This document shows, piece after piece, positions 40,702 through 54,301 of a stretch of DNA of 64,000 bases (positions are counted from its first letter, which is position 1; each line of letters opens with the position of its first letter). Source of the stretch: Octopus vulgaris. Taxonomy: Eukaryota. The notes below the pieces were generated by a model. The model saw nothing but the letters and a program-made list of their open reading frames with translations. It was not told where the DNA came from and did not search any database. The position numbers and the translations under genes are program-made. The stretch covers positions 2,976,001 to 3,040,000 of the forward strand of contig OX597834.1 in assembly GCA_951406725.2 (NCBI GenBank), read 5' to 3'.

Positions 40702-40869
40702 CATATATATATATATATATATATATAAACATATATATATGTATATGTATATATATACACACGTACACATTTAAATCCATATGTATACAATATATTTACA
40801 CATGTGTACCTGTACGCGTGAGTATATGCATGTATACCACACACTTAACATATAAATACTTACCTGCGC

Positions 40870-40915
<46 letters not shown>

Positions 40916-41575
40916 GTACATACATAGACACACATACATGTATATGTATGTGTGTATCTATGTATGTACGTGCCTATTTAAGTATGTAAGAATGTAAATA
41001 TATATACGCATGCATACATCTACCTACGTATGCACATATGCAAAAAGTTACCAAGTAAATTTAAAGATATTTTTTACCTTATAACAAAGAAATATTGCAA
41101 CAGAGCACTCTGTAGGGAAATATTTCCTGAAATAGTGGGTGAGTTGTTTCCCTGTGAATATACCGACACTAGAGGGCGCGAAACACTATCATTGTAATAA
41201 CGGCAGTGCAACATTTTCTTACTTTCTTCTTTTACGTAACCCATTCATACTCACAAAGACTAACAGACAATATTGCTAACGAGGAGAGACCCTGTAGCTG
41301 TTGGGCCTGCTAGAAATAACCTCTAATTCTCCCTCAAATTCAAACTGTATCATATGTAATTAAAGTGACATATTAAATTATAAATTAATAGATATATTTT
41401 TAAGACAGAGGAGCTAATCAGGCATTGTGTGTTTTTACTCCTTGGTAAGTCTAACCAGACCAGACTTATTGATTAAAACAACAGCAGAGATAATAACACT
41501 TCTTAGAAGACTATCTGTAGAAGTCATAATTAAACTATTAGTTGTAAAATAATTCAACAGAGAGGGGAGCAAAGT

Positions 41576-42230
41576 CTACGAGACAACTGTCACAAGAAAT
41601 TTGTCCATATGCTTGCATTTGTTGAAAATTTCGGATCTGGAATCAAGCAGGATGATGGAATTCTTACATCTAAAAAGAATGTGCGATTTTTCAGCTATAC
41701 ATAAGTTATATTATTTAGATCCATTTACATATGACATGGATTTCTCCATGATTGTCCACTTTACGGCATATGGTGTACAGTTGGTCTTCAAACTTCATAC
41801 GTGGCTAGCCAGCTTAGTGGATTAACTTTTGTCGATGCGCTGGAAAGAATACTGGTTTGCATAGCATCTTTTCAAATTACCTTCAAAGAAACAGATGTAA
41901 TTTTTCTTTCCTGTTACGTTATCTTGAACCGTTCCTGTAACTTCTGCCTCACAGGCGACAGAGCTTATCATGCACGCAAGGCCAAGTCGCAATGTTTCAG
42001 GGTCTCAACAGTTGCCACTGGGAGAGGGCACTTGGTCACTTCTACAGTAACTCTAATTTCCTTCCTTTCCTTTCTTCTGCCGTTTTTATTCACCATTTGT
42101 GTTCTCATTCCAGTTTTTGCAACAACCTTATTTTATCTTGTCGTTTCTCATGCACATGCATCCTGATTTTGAGACAGGACTAACCATGCGATCAGAGCCC
42201 GAGGATTGCTTGGAAATACAAAGCATATTA
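41576..42230 (-). mobile_element. Second Penelope-like GIY-YIG endonuclease fragment (decayed)
   Basis: The minus strand reads 'GKKNYICFFEGNLKRCYANQYSF...STKLASHV*SLKTNCTPYAVKWTIMEKSMSYVNGSK*YNLCIAEKSHIL...LLDSRSEIFNKCKHMDKFLV'. Confidence 0.8.
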
Positions 42231-42380
42231 TAAAAAACTGTCAAACCACGTGTCTCAATGGCAAGACACTATTATTAGATCTCATTTTAATACAGTTTCC
42301 ATTATATGATATCTAGCTCTCAATGAATAAATATATACATATATACATATATGTATATATATATATTATGTGTATATATG

Positions 42381-42416
<36 letters not shown>

Positions 42417-42434
42417 TGTATGTATATATTCTGT

Positions 42435-42640
42435 TATTCTTTTACTTGTTTCAGTCATTTGAGCGCAACTATGCTGGAGTACCACTTTTAGTCGAGCAAA
42501 TCGACCCTAGGAATTATTCTTTGTAAGCCTAGTACTTACTCTATCGGTCTCTACAGCCAAACCGCTAAGTTACGGGGACGTAAATACACCAACAACGGTT
42601 GTCAAGTAATGGGGCGGGAACAAACACAGACACACAAATA
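42435..42640 (-). mobile_element. SINE family A, 3' half
   Basis: TCTTTTACTTGTTTCAGTCATTTGA...TTTGTAAGCCTAGTACTTACTCTATCGGTCTC...CTAAGTTACGGGGACGTAAA. Confidence 0.8.
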
Positions 42641-42911
42641 CATATATATATATATATGTATATATACATACATATATATTTATATATATATATATGTACA
42701 TATGTATGTGTATATGTATGTATATATATATATATGTAGATAGATAGATATCTGAATATATATATATAGATATGTATATATATATGCACATATATGCTAA
42801 AAATTGAAGATATATCTATAGACCTGCACACGGACATATACACACATATATATGTATGTATATATGTGTATCTATCTATCTATCTATCTATATAGATAGA
42901 TAGATAGATAT

Positions 42912-42952
<41 letters not shown>

Positions 42953-43089
42953 CAGATAGATAGATATACATACTACATACATATACACAAACATATATAT
43001 ACGCATGCAGGTATACATACATTCAAGTGTATATATACATGACTGTATGCATGTGCGTGCGTGTATGTGTTGCATATGCGTGTGCTTGC

Positions 43090-43121
<32 letters not shown>

Positions 43122-43320
43122 ATACAGAGAGAGACAGTTGTAAATTCTATATTGATATGGTCTCAGACAAATTTTCAATTGTTTCCAAATGAAAAAAAGA
43201 AATGTAGTTAATTTCCCCCCCTCCAACGATATCGTTATCTCAATATGGCTGCCAACATGGCGATTCCTTTTTGTCTTTCTGTATTTCTTTCACTGCTTTT
43301 TTGCCTTTCATTCTTTCTCT

Positions 43321-43358
<38 letters not shown>

Positions 43359-43502
43359 ATCTCTCTTTTTCTTTATCTGTTTCCCTCTCTCGCTTTCTTA
43401 CTCCCTCCCTCGCTCTGTGCTTGTAAGCGTGTCTGTGAGCATGCATTTATGAATAAATATATATATATATATATATATGCAGATATATATATTTATATAT
43501 GC

Positions 43503-43636
<134 letters not shown>

Positions 43637-43690
43637 ATATCTCAGCACACGATCTCAGATCAAATTACTTGCATGCGATACATCTCCGTA

Positions 43691-43721
<31 letters not shown>

Positions 43722-43825
43722 ATATATACTATATGTATATATAATATATAGTATATATGCATACAGAATATACATACATGCAAAGATGCATACAGACGAT
43801 TACATACACATATGATTATATATGC

Positions 43826-43870
<45 letters not shown>

Positions 43871-43875
43871 AATAT

Positions 43876-44012
<137 letters not shown>

Positions 44013-44457
44013 CATATAGTTTTTACTTACAGTAACAATATTATTATCGAATTTCTAACATATTTTGTGTATTTCTTCATTATTTTTATGGCAACCTTCC
44101 TTGCTTTTGTATATATTTCATCGATTATTTTGTTCAGTTTTTTAATGTTCTCACTGACAAACCTTTAAGAAATGAAGAAAGACATAAATTCACGACCAAC
44201 TACAAGCATTTCTAATTATATGGCCATAAATATATCTGTAATGCTATGTATTTATATGTATACATATAATCACATACATATATACATATACATATATATA
44301 TATGTATGTGTGTATATATATATATATATATTACATATATATACATATATATATATATATGTATGTATGTATGTATATATGTATATATGTATACATATAT
44401 ATATGTATATATGTATATATATATATATGTGTATATATATATATATATATACATATA

Positions 44458-44531
<74 letters not shown>

Positions 44532-44813
44532 CATATGCATAAACACACACAAACATGCTCACATATACATATATATGAGTGTGTCTGTGTGTGCGTATGT
44601 GTCTGTATAGGTTCTCTCCGTATGCTTTACCGGTTGTACTTATTGGTGCGCCACTAGGATGCGCCTCACAATGCTGCACCAAAATCCCTGTACCGAAACC
44701 CCTTAATTATGCCAGATGCTCATGGTATCATGTGTGTCTCAGCCAATAAGATCAGTGACCTTGAGTGGCCTTATTCCTGTATGCACAGAAACAGGATACG
44801 GAAATCATTTACA

Positions 44814-44858
<45 letters not shown>

Positions 44859-45030
44859 ATTTAAAGTTTCAGCTCAGAGCTGCAGCCATGCTCACGCACA
44901 CATGTCTGTGTATGTATTTTTTTTTTATCAGTTTCAACTTGTGAGCGGCACCCTAGACATATGCGCATACAAACGTATACCTATAAACATATGTACTTGA
45001 ATCTGAAAATTAATAACAAATGACGCTATG

Positions 45031-45094
<64 letters not shown>

Positions 45095-45374
45095 GAAAAA
45101 AACACCTTTTACCAATTCAAATGAAAAATTAAATTACGCCATCTAGAAAATTACATATAATAGAAATATTAAATATACGATAAAAAATATAACGATGATT
45201 AAGTAATATGCAAAATAAAATTTATATATATATATATATATATGACTGAAGACACGAAACGATCGTAGTGGATATTAATAATTGTTACATTTCTAAATAA
45301 TATAAATTAATTTATGTATTGGCTTAAGTCTTTCTTTGTTTGATTTGCATAATAGTGGTTTTGCCTCTAATTTA

Positions 45375-45426
<52 letters not shown>

Positions 45427-45435
45427 AATATATAT

Positions 45436-45492
<57 letters not shown>

Positions 45493-45679
45493 CATATATA
45501 TATATTTATGTTTGTATACATTTGGGTGTGAGTGTGTTAACAATTATAAATAACGTGAGGAATACGCTATGATAAAATTTATTTTGCCATTGATTTAAAT
45601 TTATAGGATCAGTGAAATACTGAATATACACTTCAAGAGTGTCTTCACCATTCCTTTGGGGCACTTGCAAGTAGCTATT

Positions 45680-47340
45680 GCCTGGTGGGTTCTTTGACTC
45701 CATAACTCTACACAGCGAAATGGCAATTATTGATAGCATCAAAATAAAGGAAACTGATGTGGTATCAGCCATTGATGAAATGAGCTCGAATCCAGCCACA
45801 GGCCCAGACGGATTCCCAACAGCCTTCCTAAAGCATAGCAGCTCTAGCAAGACCATTCCATATTCTCTTCCAAAGCTTCGTCGCAACTGGAAGAATTAAT
45901 CAAAAAGTTAAAGGAAGGCATATGTCCTATCCGTAAGGGAGATAGCAGAGCAGATACTAAAAATGATTGACTTGTCTCTCCAACATCCTATGTCAGCAAA
46001 GTCATGAAACGCATTATCAGGAAGAAACTCATTGCGTTCCTTGAAGATAATGACTTGCTTCCCAGACACCCAGCATGGCTTCCGCTCAGGAAGAAGCTGC
46101 CTTACACAGCTTTTGCAGCACTGTGACTGGGTGTTGAAACAATTAATGAACCGCTCAAGCTTGGATCTGATATATCATAAGGTGGCAAAGATCTTTGATA
46201 AGTCTGAATATGGGATGATACGTCACAAGCTACGGAGACTGGATAGCGGTTGCTTGATTTGGAGAGTGGTTGCATGACTTCTTAAAAGACAGAATCCGGG
46301 CTGTGGCAGCCAATGGAACCCTTTCTAAGGACACGGTAGCAGAGAGTGGAGTGCCCCAGGGACTCCATATTGGGACCGCTGCTGTTCATGATGACTCTTT
46401 CAGACATGCCATCAGTTACACAGACAACCACACTCACTAGCTATGTCGACGACACGAAAATAGTACAAACAGTCAAGGAACCTTCTGATGCTAATCTTCC
46501 TCAAAAAGACCTGGATGCCATATATAAGTGGACTGAGGAAAACAACAGGCAATTCCAAGCCCTCCGCTGCCAGCTAATTGGTGCTCAGAAGCCGCAACAA
46601 AGATACCTTGGACCAAAAGGAACGGCGATTCCAGAATTACATAGAGTGCGTGATCTCAGGATTGATTTGAGCAATGCATATCACCAAAATGGTGGCAGTG
46701 CCCAGGCGAATGACCAGATGGATTCTGAGGACCTTCAGAAATAAGGATTAGAAAACTATGCTGGTTCTATGAAGGACATTTGTCCTCAGCCGTTTGGACT
46801 GCTGCTCTCAACTGTGGTCGCCCTACAGTGTCAGATTAATAGCGGAACTTGAGGCAGTTCAGTGATGTTATACATGGAAGATTGCATCAATAGAGCGGCT
46901 GGGTTACTGGGAGAGACTGAAAGAGCAACGACTCTACTCCCTAAAGAGAAGACGGAAGAGGCATGCAGTGATACATGTATGAAAGATTCTGGAGGGGATG
47001 GCATCAAACTTTGGAATCGAGTGCTATACCAGACCCCGAACCGGACGTCACTGCACTGTTCCAAAAGTGCCAGCTCTCCCATCTAGAGCGAGAACCATGT
47101 GCTGCAAAAGCTTGGGATTCAAGGCTCTACAACTATTTAACACCTCGCCAAAACATCTGAGGGATCTTGCAGTGGTTCATGGAGTGGATCTTGAATCATG
47201 GAATGGTGGTAGATATTTTCAAGAAACAGCTTAACCTCCGTCTATCCAGGGTCCTAGATGGACCAGAATCAACGCAGGAGACTCAAAAGAGGGCAATAGT
47301 GTCGTACTCCCTCCTTCACCAAAAGCCAATCGCATCCGAT
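45680..47340 (+). mobile_element. Decayed CR1/L2-type LINE reverse transcriptase and C-terminus
   Basis: 'ATGPDGFPTAFLK', 'TSYVSKVMKRII', 'QHGFRSGRSCLTQLL', 'KIFDK', 'SGVPQG/SILGPLLF', 'YVDDTKI' and 'LQLFNTSPKHLRD'. Many frameshifts and stops. Confidence 0.9.
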
Positions 47341-47573
47341 ATTTCGAGTAGGAAAATCGAATTTAAGTGCTCACGAACTGGATTGTACCAAAGGACTTCC
47401 ATCAATCAAATTCACTCATAAGGCATTGGTGGGCCTAAAATTTCTATAGAGGAAGATGCTTGCCCAAGGTGCTGCGCAGTGGGACAGAACTTCAAACCAC
47501 GTTACTATTTTAAATCTCTATTACTATTTTTAAATCTCACATCGAGAGATATTCAGCAACAGTGCTTCGTAGG

Positions 47574-47793
47574 AAAGATTGTTTGTCAACATAACATGGC
47601 AGTCCTGTATCGAGATTTCCGGGATACACAGATATTGTTCTGAGCTGAGTGGGGGTACTAGATTCCCTTGTTCGAAAATATAAGGACACAGATCGCGTTG
47701 TATTGCCAGCTGGAGACGATGTCTCCTGGGAATAAATTACAGCAACATTCGTCCTTAACCAGGACTGCCATGTTATGTTGGCAAACAATCTTT
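47574..47793. mobile_element. MITE-like element with 34-bp inverted repeats
   Basis: AAAGATTGTTTGTCAACATAACATGGCAGTCCTG (47574-47607) against its reverse complement at 47760-47793, with 1 mismatch. Confidence 0.7.
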
Positions 47794-47892
47794 ACTTCAA
47801 ACCACGTATTTGAGAAACGAACTTCTTAAGCATACAAACGTACCTCGACGCACACATATATGCACGTATGTGTATTTATATAATCTTGCTTT

Positions 47893-47969
<77 letters not shown>

Positions 47970-48140
47970 CATATATAAAAACCACACCTGTATATGTATG
48001 AATATTTAGATAGGTAGATACTTACATACATAGACAGACAGAAAGAAGGAGAGAGAAAGGAAGGGAGAGAAGAAGGGAAGAACGAGAAGCGTGCACCTCA
48101 GAATGTTCTGATTAAAGAGAACAATGCATACGACTGTTGA

Positions 48141-48182
<42 letters not shown>

Positions 48183-48542
48183 GCTCACACACACATACAC
48201 TTCTTCCCCCACACCTAAACACACGCATCCACTCACCTACAGACACACTACATTTAACTTTCAATGGCTGCCAACCAAAAGATGAATAGTTGTAATGTAG
48301 TCTCTCGCATTATTTCTCGATCGATTGAAAAACGCAGAAGCCGAAATAAGGAAACATGAAAAGCCTTAAAGACGCGCAATGAAGAATCGCTGTTCAATGG
48401 AAATTTAGCCTCCAGTGTCGTCTGCTAGAGGGAAGCCTTGCTTACAATTACCGACTGAATACAGGAATAGGTCGTATTTATAGCGAAGGTAATTCTACTC
48501 GCTTCACCGGCGGTGCAGTTGTTTTCGGGTTGAAGGGTTTCT

Positions 48543-48602
<60 letters not shown>

Positions 48603-48659
48603 TCTCTCTCTCACTCTCTCACTCTCTCTAGGCTTCTGTTTCTCTCTCTCCCCCCGTAC

Positions 48660-48709
<50 letters not shown>

Positions 48710-48833
48710 CGACAGACAGACAGACAGACAGAAGACAGATCGATAGGTTAGATAGATATAGACAGACGCACACATGCATATACATATACATACATATATA
48801 CACACAAGCATTTATTGTTGTTGTTGGTGTTGT

Positions 48834-48866
<33 letters not shown>

Positions 48867-48987
48867 TATTAGTTCGTCCGTCGTTACCAACGATGACCAA
48901 GTATGTTACATGGGAGAAGACAGTGTGGCCGGGTGTGGCCAATCATTCCGATGCATGCTTAGGCATTGGTGGTTTGTTGGTACACAG

Positions 48988-49030
<43 letters not shown>

Positions 49031-49096
49031 TACATACATACATACATACATACATACATACATACATACATACATACATACATACATACATACATA

Positions 49097-49884
49097 CTGA
49101 AAAGGAGAACACTATGGTGAACTATTGAGGAATCTGCTGTTACTCTATCCAGATTACCAGTTCAGGTTTATACCTGTAATTATTGGGGCCTTGGGATATG
49201 CAACACACTGGCTAAATACCAATCTTGAGAAATTGGGCTTCTCAAAACCAGAAACGAGAAAGTCAAATCGAAGACTACAAGATTTAATTCATCACTGGAA
49301 CTGTAAAAATTTGTAAAACTTTCCAGAAGTTTATCATTGAAGTATATATGAGCCGGTCTAGACATGCAACTATATGCATCAGAATACATAAAGCAGAACA
49401 TACATACTGCATACATACATAAATACATACATACATACAAGCATACATAAATACATAAATACATACATACATAAATACATACATACATACATACATACAT
49501 ACATACATACATACATACGTACGTACGTACGTACGTACATACATACATACATACATACATACATACATACATACATACATACATACATACATACATACAT
49601 ACATACATACATACATACATACATACATACATACATACATACATACATACATACATACATACATACATACGTACGTACATACATACATACATACATACAT
49701 ACGTACGTACATACATACATACATACATACATACATACATACATACATACATACATACATACATACATACATACATACATACATACACTGTTGATGTTGA
49801 AATTTCAATGAAGGAGCCATGGGTCTAGGTTAGAAACCGGTGCTTTCTCGATTGGTAAGAAATTTTGAAATAAAACTCAATAAT
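49097..49884 (+). mobile_element. 5'-truncated RLE-type (R4/Dong-like) LINE 3' end embedded in (TACA)n
   Basis: 'LRNLLLLYPDYQFRFIPVIIGALGYATHWLNTNLEKLGF...TGTVKICKTF', plus a 3' UTR ending 'GAAATAAAACTCAATAAT' that is split by a (TACA)n expansion of about 380 bp. Confidence 0.75.
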
Positions 49885-50376
49885 TACATACATACGTACG
49901 TAGATACATACATACATACATACATACATACATACTTACATACATACATAGATATATACATACATACATATATACTCAGATACATACATACATACATACA
50001 TACATACATACGTACGTACATACATACATACATACATACATACATACATACATACATACATACATACATACATACATACATACATACATACATACATACA
50101 TACATACATACATACATACATACATACATACATACATACATACACACATACATACATACATACATACATACATACATACATACATACTACATACATACAT
50201 ACATACATACATACATACATACATACATACATACATACATACACACATACATACATACATACATACATACATACATACATACATACATACATACATACAT
50301 ACATACATACATACATACATACATACATACATACATACATACATACATACATACATACATACATACATACATACAC

Positions 50377-50405
<29 letters not shown>
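49885..50405. repeat. (TACA)n microsatellite
   Basis: Direct reading. Confidence 0.95.
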
Positions 50406-50406
<1 letters not shown>

Positions 50407-50407
<1 letters not shown>

Positions 50408-50514
50408 AAAATACCGTGTTGATATTGAAATTCCAACGAAGGAGTCTTGGGTCTAGGTTAGAATCCGGTTCTTTCTCTTCTAACAAGAAATCTTGAGATA
50501 AAACTGAACAATGA
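50407..50514 (+). mobile_element. 3' UTR-only copy of the (TACA)n-associated LINE
   Basis: AAAATACCGTGTTGATATTGAAATTCCAACGAAGGAGTCTTGGGTCTAGGTTAGAATCCGG...ATAAAACTGAACAATGA|CATACA matches 49788-49884 and 60545-60654. Confidence 0.75.
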
Positions 50515-50662
50515 CATACATGAATGTACGCATGCGTGTGTGTGCTTATATAAATGTGTTAGAATGAAAGAGATCGATAAATTGATAAAGATCTAATCAG
50601 TACGATAACCAAAAACACAAGCACAATACATACGTGTGTGTGTATGCATGTATGTATGTATA

Positions 50663-50824
50663 GGCGCAGGAGTGGCTGTGTGGTAAGTAGCTTGCTAACC
50701 AACCACATGCTTCCGGGTTCAGTCCCACGGCGTGGCATCTTGGGCAAGTGTCTTCTACTATAGTCTTGGGCCGACCAATGCCTTGTGAGTGGATTTGGTA
50801 GACGGAAACTGAAAGAAGCCTGTC

Positions 50825-50886
<62 letters not shown>

Positions 50887-51098
50887 TTGTGTGTCTGTGT
50901 TTGTTCCCCTAGCATTGCTTGACAACCGATGCCGGTGTGTTTACGTCCCCTTAACTTAGCGGTTCGGCAAAAAGAGACCGATAGAATAAGTACTGGGCTT
51001 ACAAAAAGAATAAGTTCCGGGGTCGAGTTGCTCGACTAAAGGCGGTGCTCCAGCATGGCCGCAGTCAAATGACTGAAACAAGTAAAAGAGTAAAAGAG
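50663..51098 (+). mobile_element. SINE family A, full-length
   Basis: tRNA-like head with A-box TGGCTGTGTGG and B-box GGTTCAGTCCC, CORE-like GGCATCTTGGGCAAGTGTCTT, internal (TA)n(TG)n, and an (AGTAAAAG)2 tail. Confidence 0.85.
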
Positions 51099-51887
51099 AC
51101 ATACAAACAGCTGCATACATATACACTCGTTCAGTAAGCATTGTTTCCATGGAAAGGTCTTTTAAATACTTAAATGCATGGCTGTTGTTCAGTGTGACAC
51201 AAACATTTTGACTCAAAGTACAGATGCAAGACTTGGGATGTATATTTAAGAGGACTGCACACACATTCACATCTGCAACGATAATGCAGTTACTGCAGAA
51301 TGATGTACAGCAACAGAAGCAGCTGCTGGTGTTGTTAAACTGCAGACTTTATTAGTGCAAGTACGAAAACAATTGCAAATGGCAACGAAAACTTGCAGAG
51401 TATAAAGGCACTTGACGGAATCATTATCAATTTAAAATTTTATTTTATTTTACTGAAGACCTCTTTTATTGATGTTGTTGATGTTGATGTTGTTGTCTCT
51501 ATTGTTCCTGTTATTGCTACTGTTGCTTTTATCGTTATTTGACAGCGTGTACAATCTATTTTTGGCAACTGCCTTTCTCTAACGTCGTTGTCAAGATCCG
51601 CCATTGTTCTACGTTTCGTTTCGTTTGTATTTATATTTACTCCTCTTTTTTACCTTTTTATTTCTTATTTATCTTTTTTTTTATTTTCATTCTCTTTACT
51701 TTTTTTCCTTAGCTTCTTCCTTCGTTTGTTTGCTTGTTTGTGTGTTGTACATGTTTTCATTGATGTTGTGAAATTGTGTTTAAATGATACTTTTGATCGT
51801 ATCTAGAATTCACCAATTAAATTTGTGAATGAGACAAGAGGTCTTTCTGATTGAACGCAGTTTAGAAAACAGCCTCCATAATCTTTT

Positions 51888-52180
51888 CTCTTCTTCTTCT
51901 TCTTCTTCTTCTTCTTCTTCTTCTTCTTCTTCTTCTTCTTCTTCTTCTTCTTCTTCTTCTTCTTCTTCTCCTTCTTCTTCTTCTTTCTTCTTCTTCTTCT
52001 TCTTCTTCTTCTTCTTCTTCCTCCTCACCTCCTCCTCCTCCTTCTTCTTCTTCTTCTTCTTCTTCTTCTTCTTCTTCTTCTTCTTCTTCTTCTTCTCCTC
52101 CTCCTTCTTCTTCTTCTTCTTCTTCTTCTTCTTCTTCTTCTTCTTCTTCTTCTTCTTCTTCTTCTTCTTCTTCTTCTTCA
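51888..52180. repeat. (TTC)n/(CTC)n polypyrimidine tract (another lies at 61603-61785)
   Basis: Direct reading. Confidence 0.95.
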
Positions 52181-52903
52181 TTTTCCCTATCACAAGAACG
52201 GCACAACGAATTCGCTCTTGAAGAGAATTTACTCCTAGTGTATGTGTGCGTGTGCGTGTGCGTGTGTGTGTCTGTGTGTGTGTGTGTGTGTGTGCGTGCG
52301 CACTCGCGAGCATGCGTACGTATGTGTGTATGTCTGCGTGCAGATATGTAAGTATGAATGTATGTACGTATTTATATGAATATGTAAAGTTATGTATGTG
52401 TGTATACGCGCGTATATATTTCTATATTCATGCAGGTATGTATGTACGTATGTATGTATTTCTGTAGGTATGCAGGTAAATGTGTATATGTAAGTATGTA
52501 TAAACGTATTATATGTGTATATGTGCATGTATGTTTATAAATGTATGTATGCTTGCATGGATGAACGTGTAGCTATGCTTGTGTATATGCATTTATATTT
52601 ATGTATATATGTATTATATGGATGCATATATATGTGTGTGTGTGTGTTTGTATGTGTGTGTAGTGGGTATATGTATATATGTAATGTGTCTATGTATGTA
52701 TCATGTAGACGTGTGTATGTGTACAGGATGTATAGGAATGTATGCGTGTATATATTCATATCTGAAGGTATTAATAAATGTATATGAAAGTGTGTATGTG
52801 CAACTATATGCGTGTATACATGTGTGTATATTATATAATTAGGTCTATGCATGTATATACATATGAATGCGTGTAGCTACGTATGTACGTTTGCATGTAA
52901 GTT

Positions 52904-52961
<58 letters not shown>

Positions 52962-53162
52962 TGTGTTGTGTATATACATACATATATACATACACTTATG
53001 TATATGTGTGTACATGTGTGTGTATGTGTGTGTGCATGTGTGTGTGCAAGTATATATATATATATGTTTTCTGTGTAAACATAAGCATACAATTCAATGC
53101 GTGCAAACGTATGTCAGTACGTGTATATATATATATATATATATATACGTGTATATATATAC

Positions 53163-53207
<45 letters not shown>

Positions 53208-53456
53208 TGAGTGAGTATGAATGCATGTATGGTTGTATTTCATTAGCGGTATGTGTATAATTTTTTTCTTATGTATATGTATGTGCGTGTGTTTTCGTGT
53301 ACGTATATATATATATATGCACATGTGTTCGTGTATATAATATAGGTGTGTGTGTGTGTTTGTATATATATATATACATATATAAGCGTGTGCATTCGTA
53401 TATATGTATGTGTTTGCATATATATATGCTTGTATGTGTTCGTGTATATATGTATG

Positions 53457-53489
<33 letters not shown>

Positions 53490-53639
53490 TTATATGTATG
53501 TGTATATATATATATATATACATATATGTATGCATGTATGTATAAGTATCTATGTCTGTGTGTATGTATGTGTGTATGTCTGTGTATAGCTATGTATGTC
53601 TGTGTATAGCTATGTATGTCTATATGTCTGTATGTATGA

Positions 53640-53694
<55 letters not shown>

Positions 53695-54267
53695 CATTGT
53701 CGTGTGTAACAACCTGCTGTTCACTGAAATTGATTTTCGTTTTACAGAGAAAGTGTTGGAATTAGGGTGGAGGGGTGGAGACAATATGGTGTTTATAAGG
53801 GGGTTTCGGTGGTGGTGGTGGTGGTGGTGGTGGTGGTGGTGGTGGTGGTGGTGGTAGTGGTGGTGATGGTGATGGTAACAGTGCTGATTTTGGTGGTGCT
53901 GCTGCTGCTTCTGGTGCTTGTGGTATGGTGGAGGTGGCGGTGTGATGATGGTGATGGTGGGTTGTGGCATTAACTATCAACACTTCTATCACCACCACCA
54001 CCACCACCACCACCAACACCATCAACCTCTACTGCTCTAGGCTGTTCACACACCGTATTGTTCTCATACAGTAACTATATACCTACCTACCCACATACCT
54101 AGTTACCCACCCACCTAATTGCCCACCTGCTTACCTACATAATTCTTGCACCTACCTACCTACCTACATACCAACATACATGCTCACAGAAATTTAGAAA
54201 GATGTATATATATGTACTCATACATATACGCATACATGCGTACATACATAAATGCAGACAGGTATGC

Positions 54268-54301
<34 letters not shown>

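Noticed and set aside
50663-50735. tRNA-like A/B boxes
   Set aside because: These are SINE heads with no complete cloverleaf, so they are not tRNA genes.
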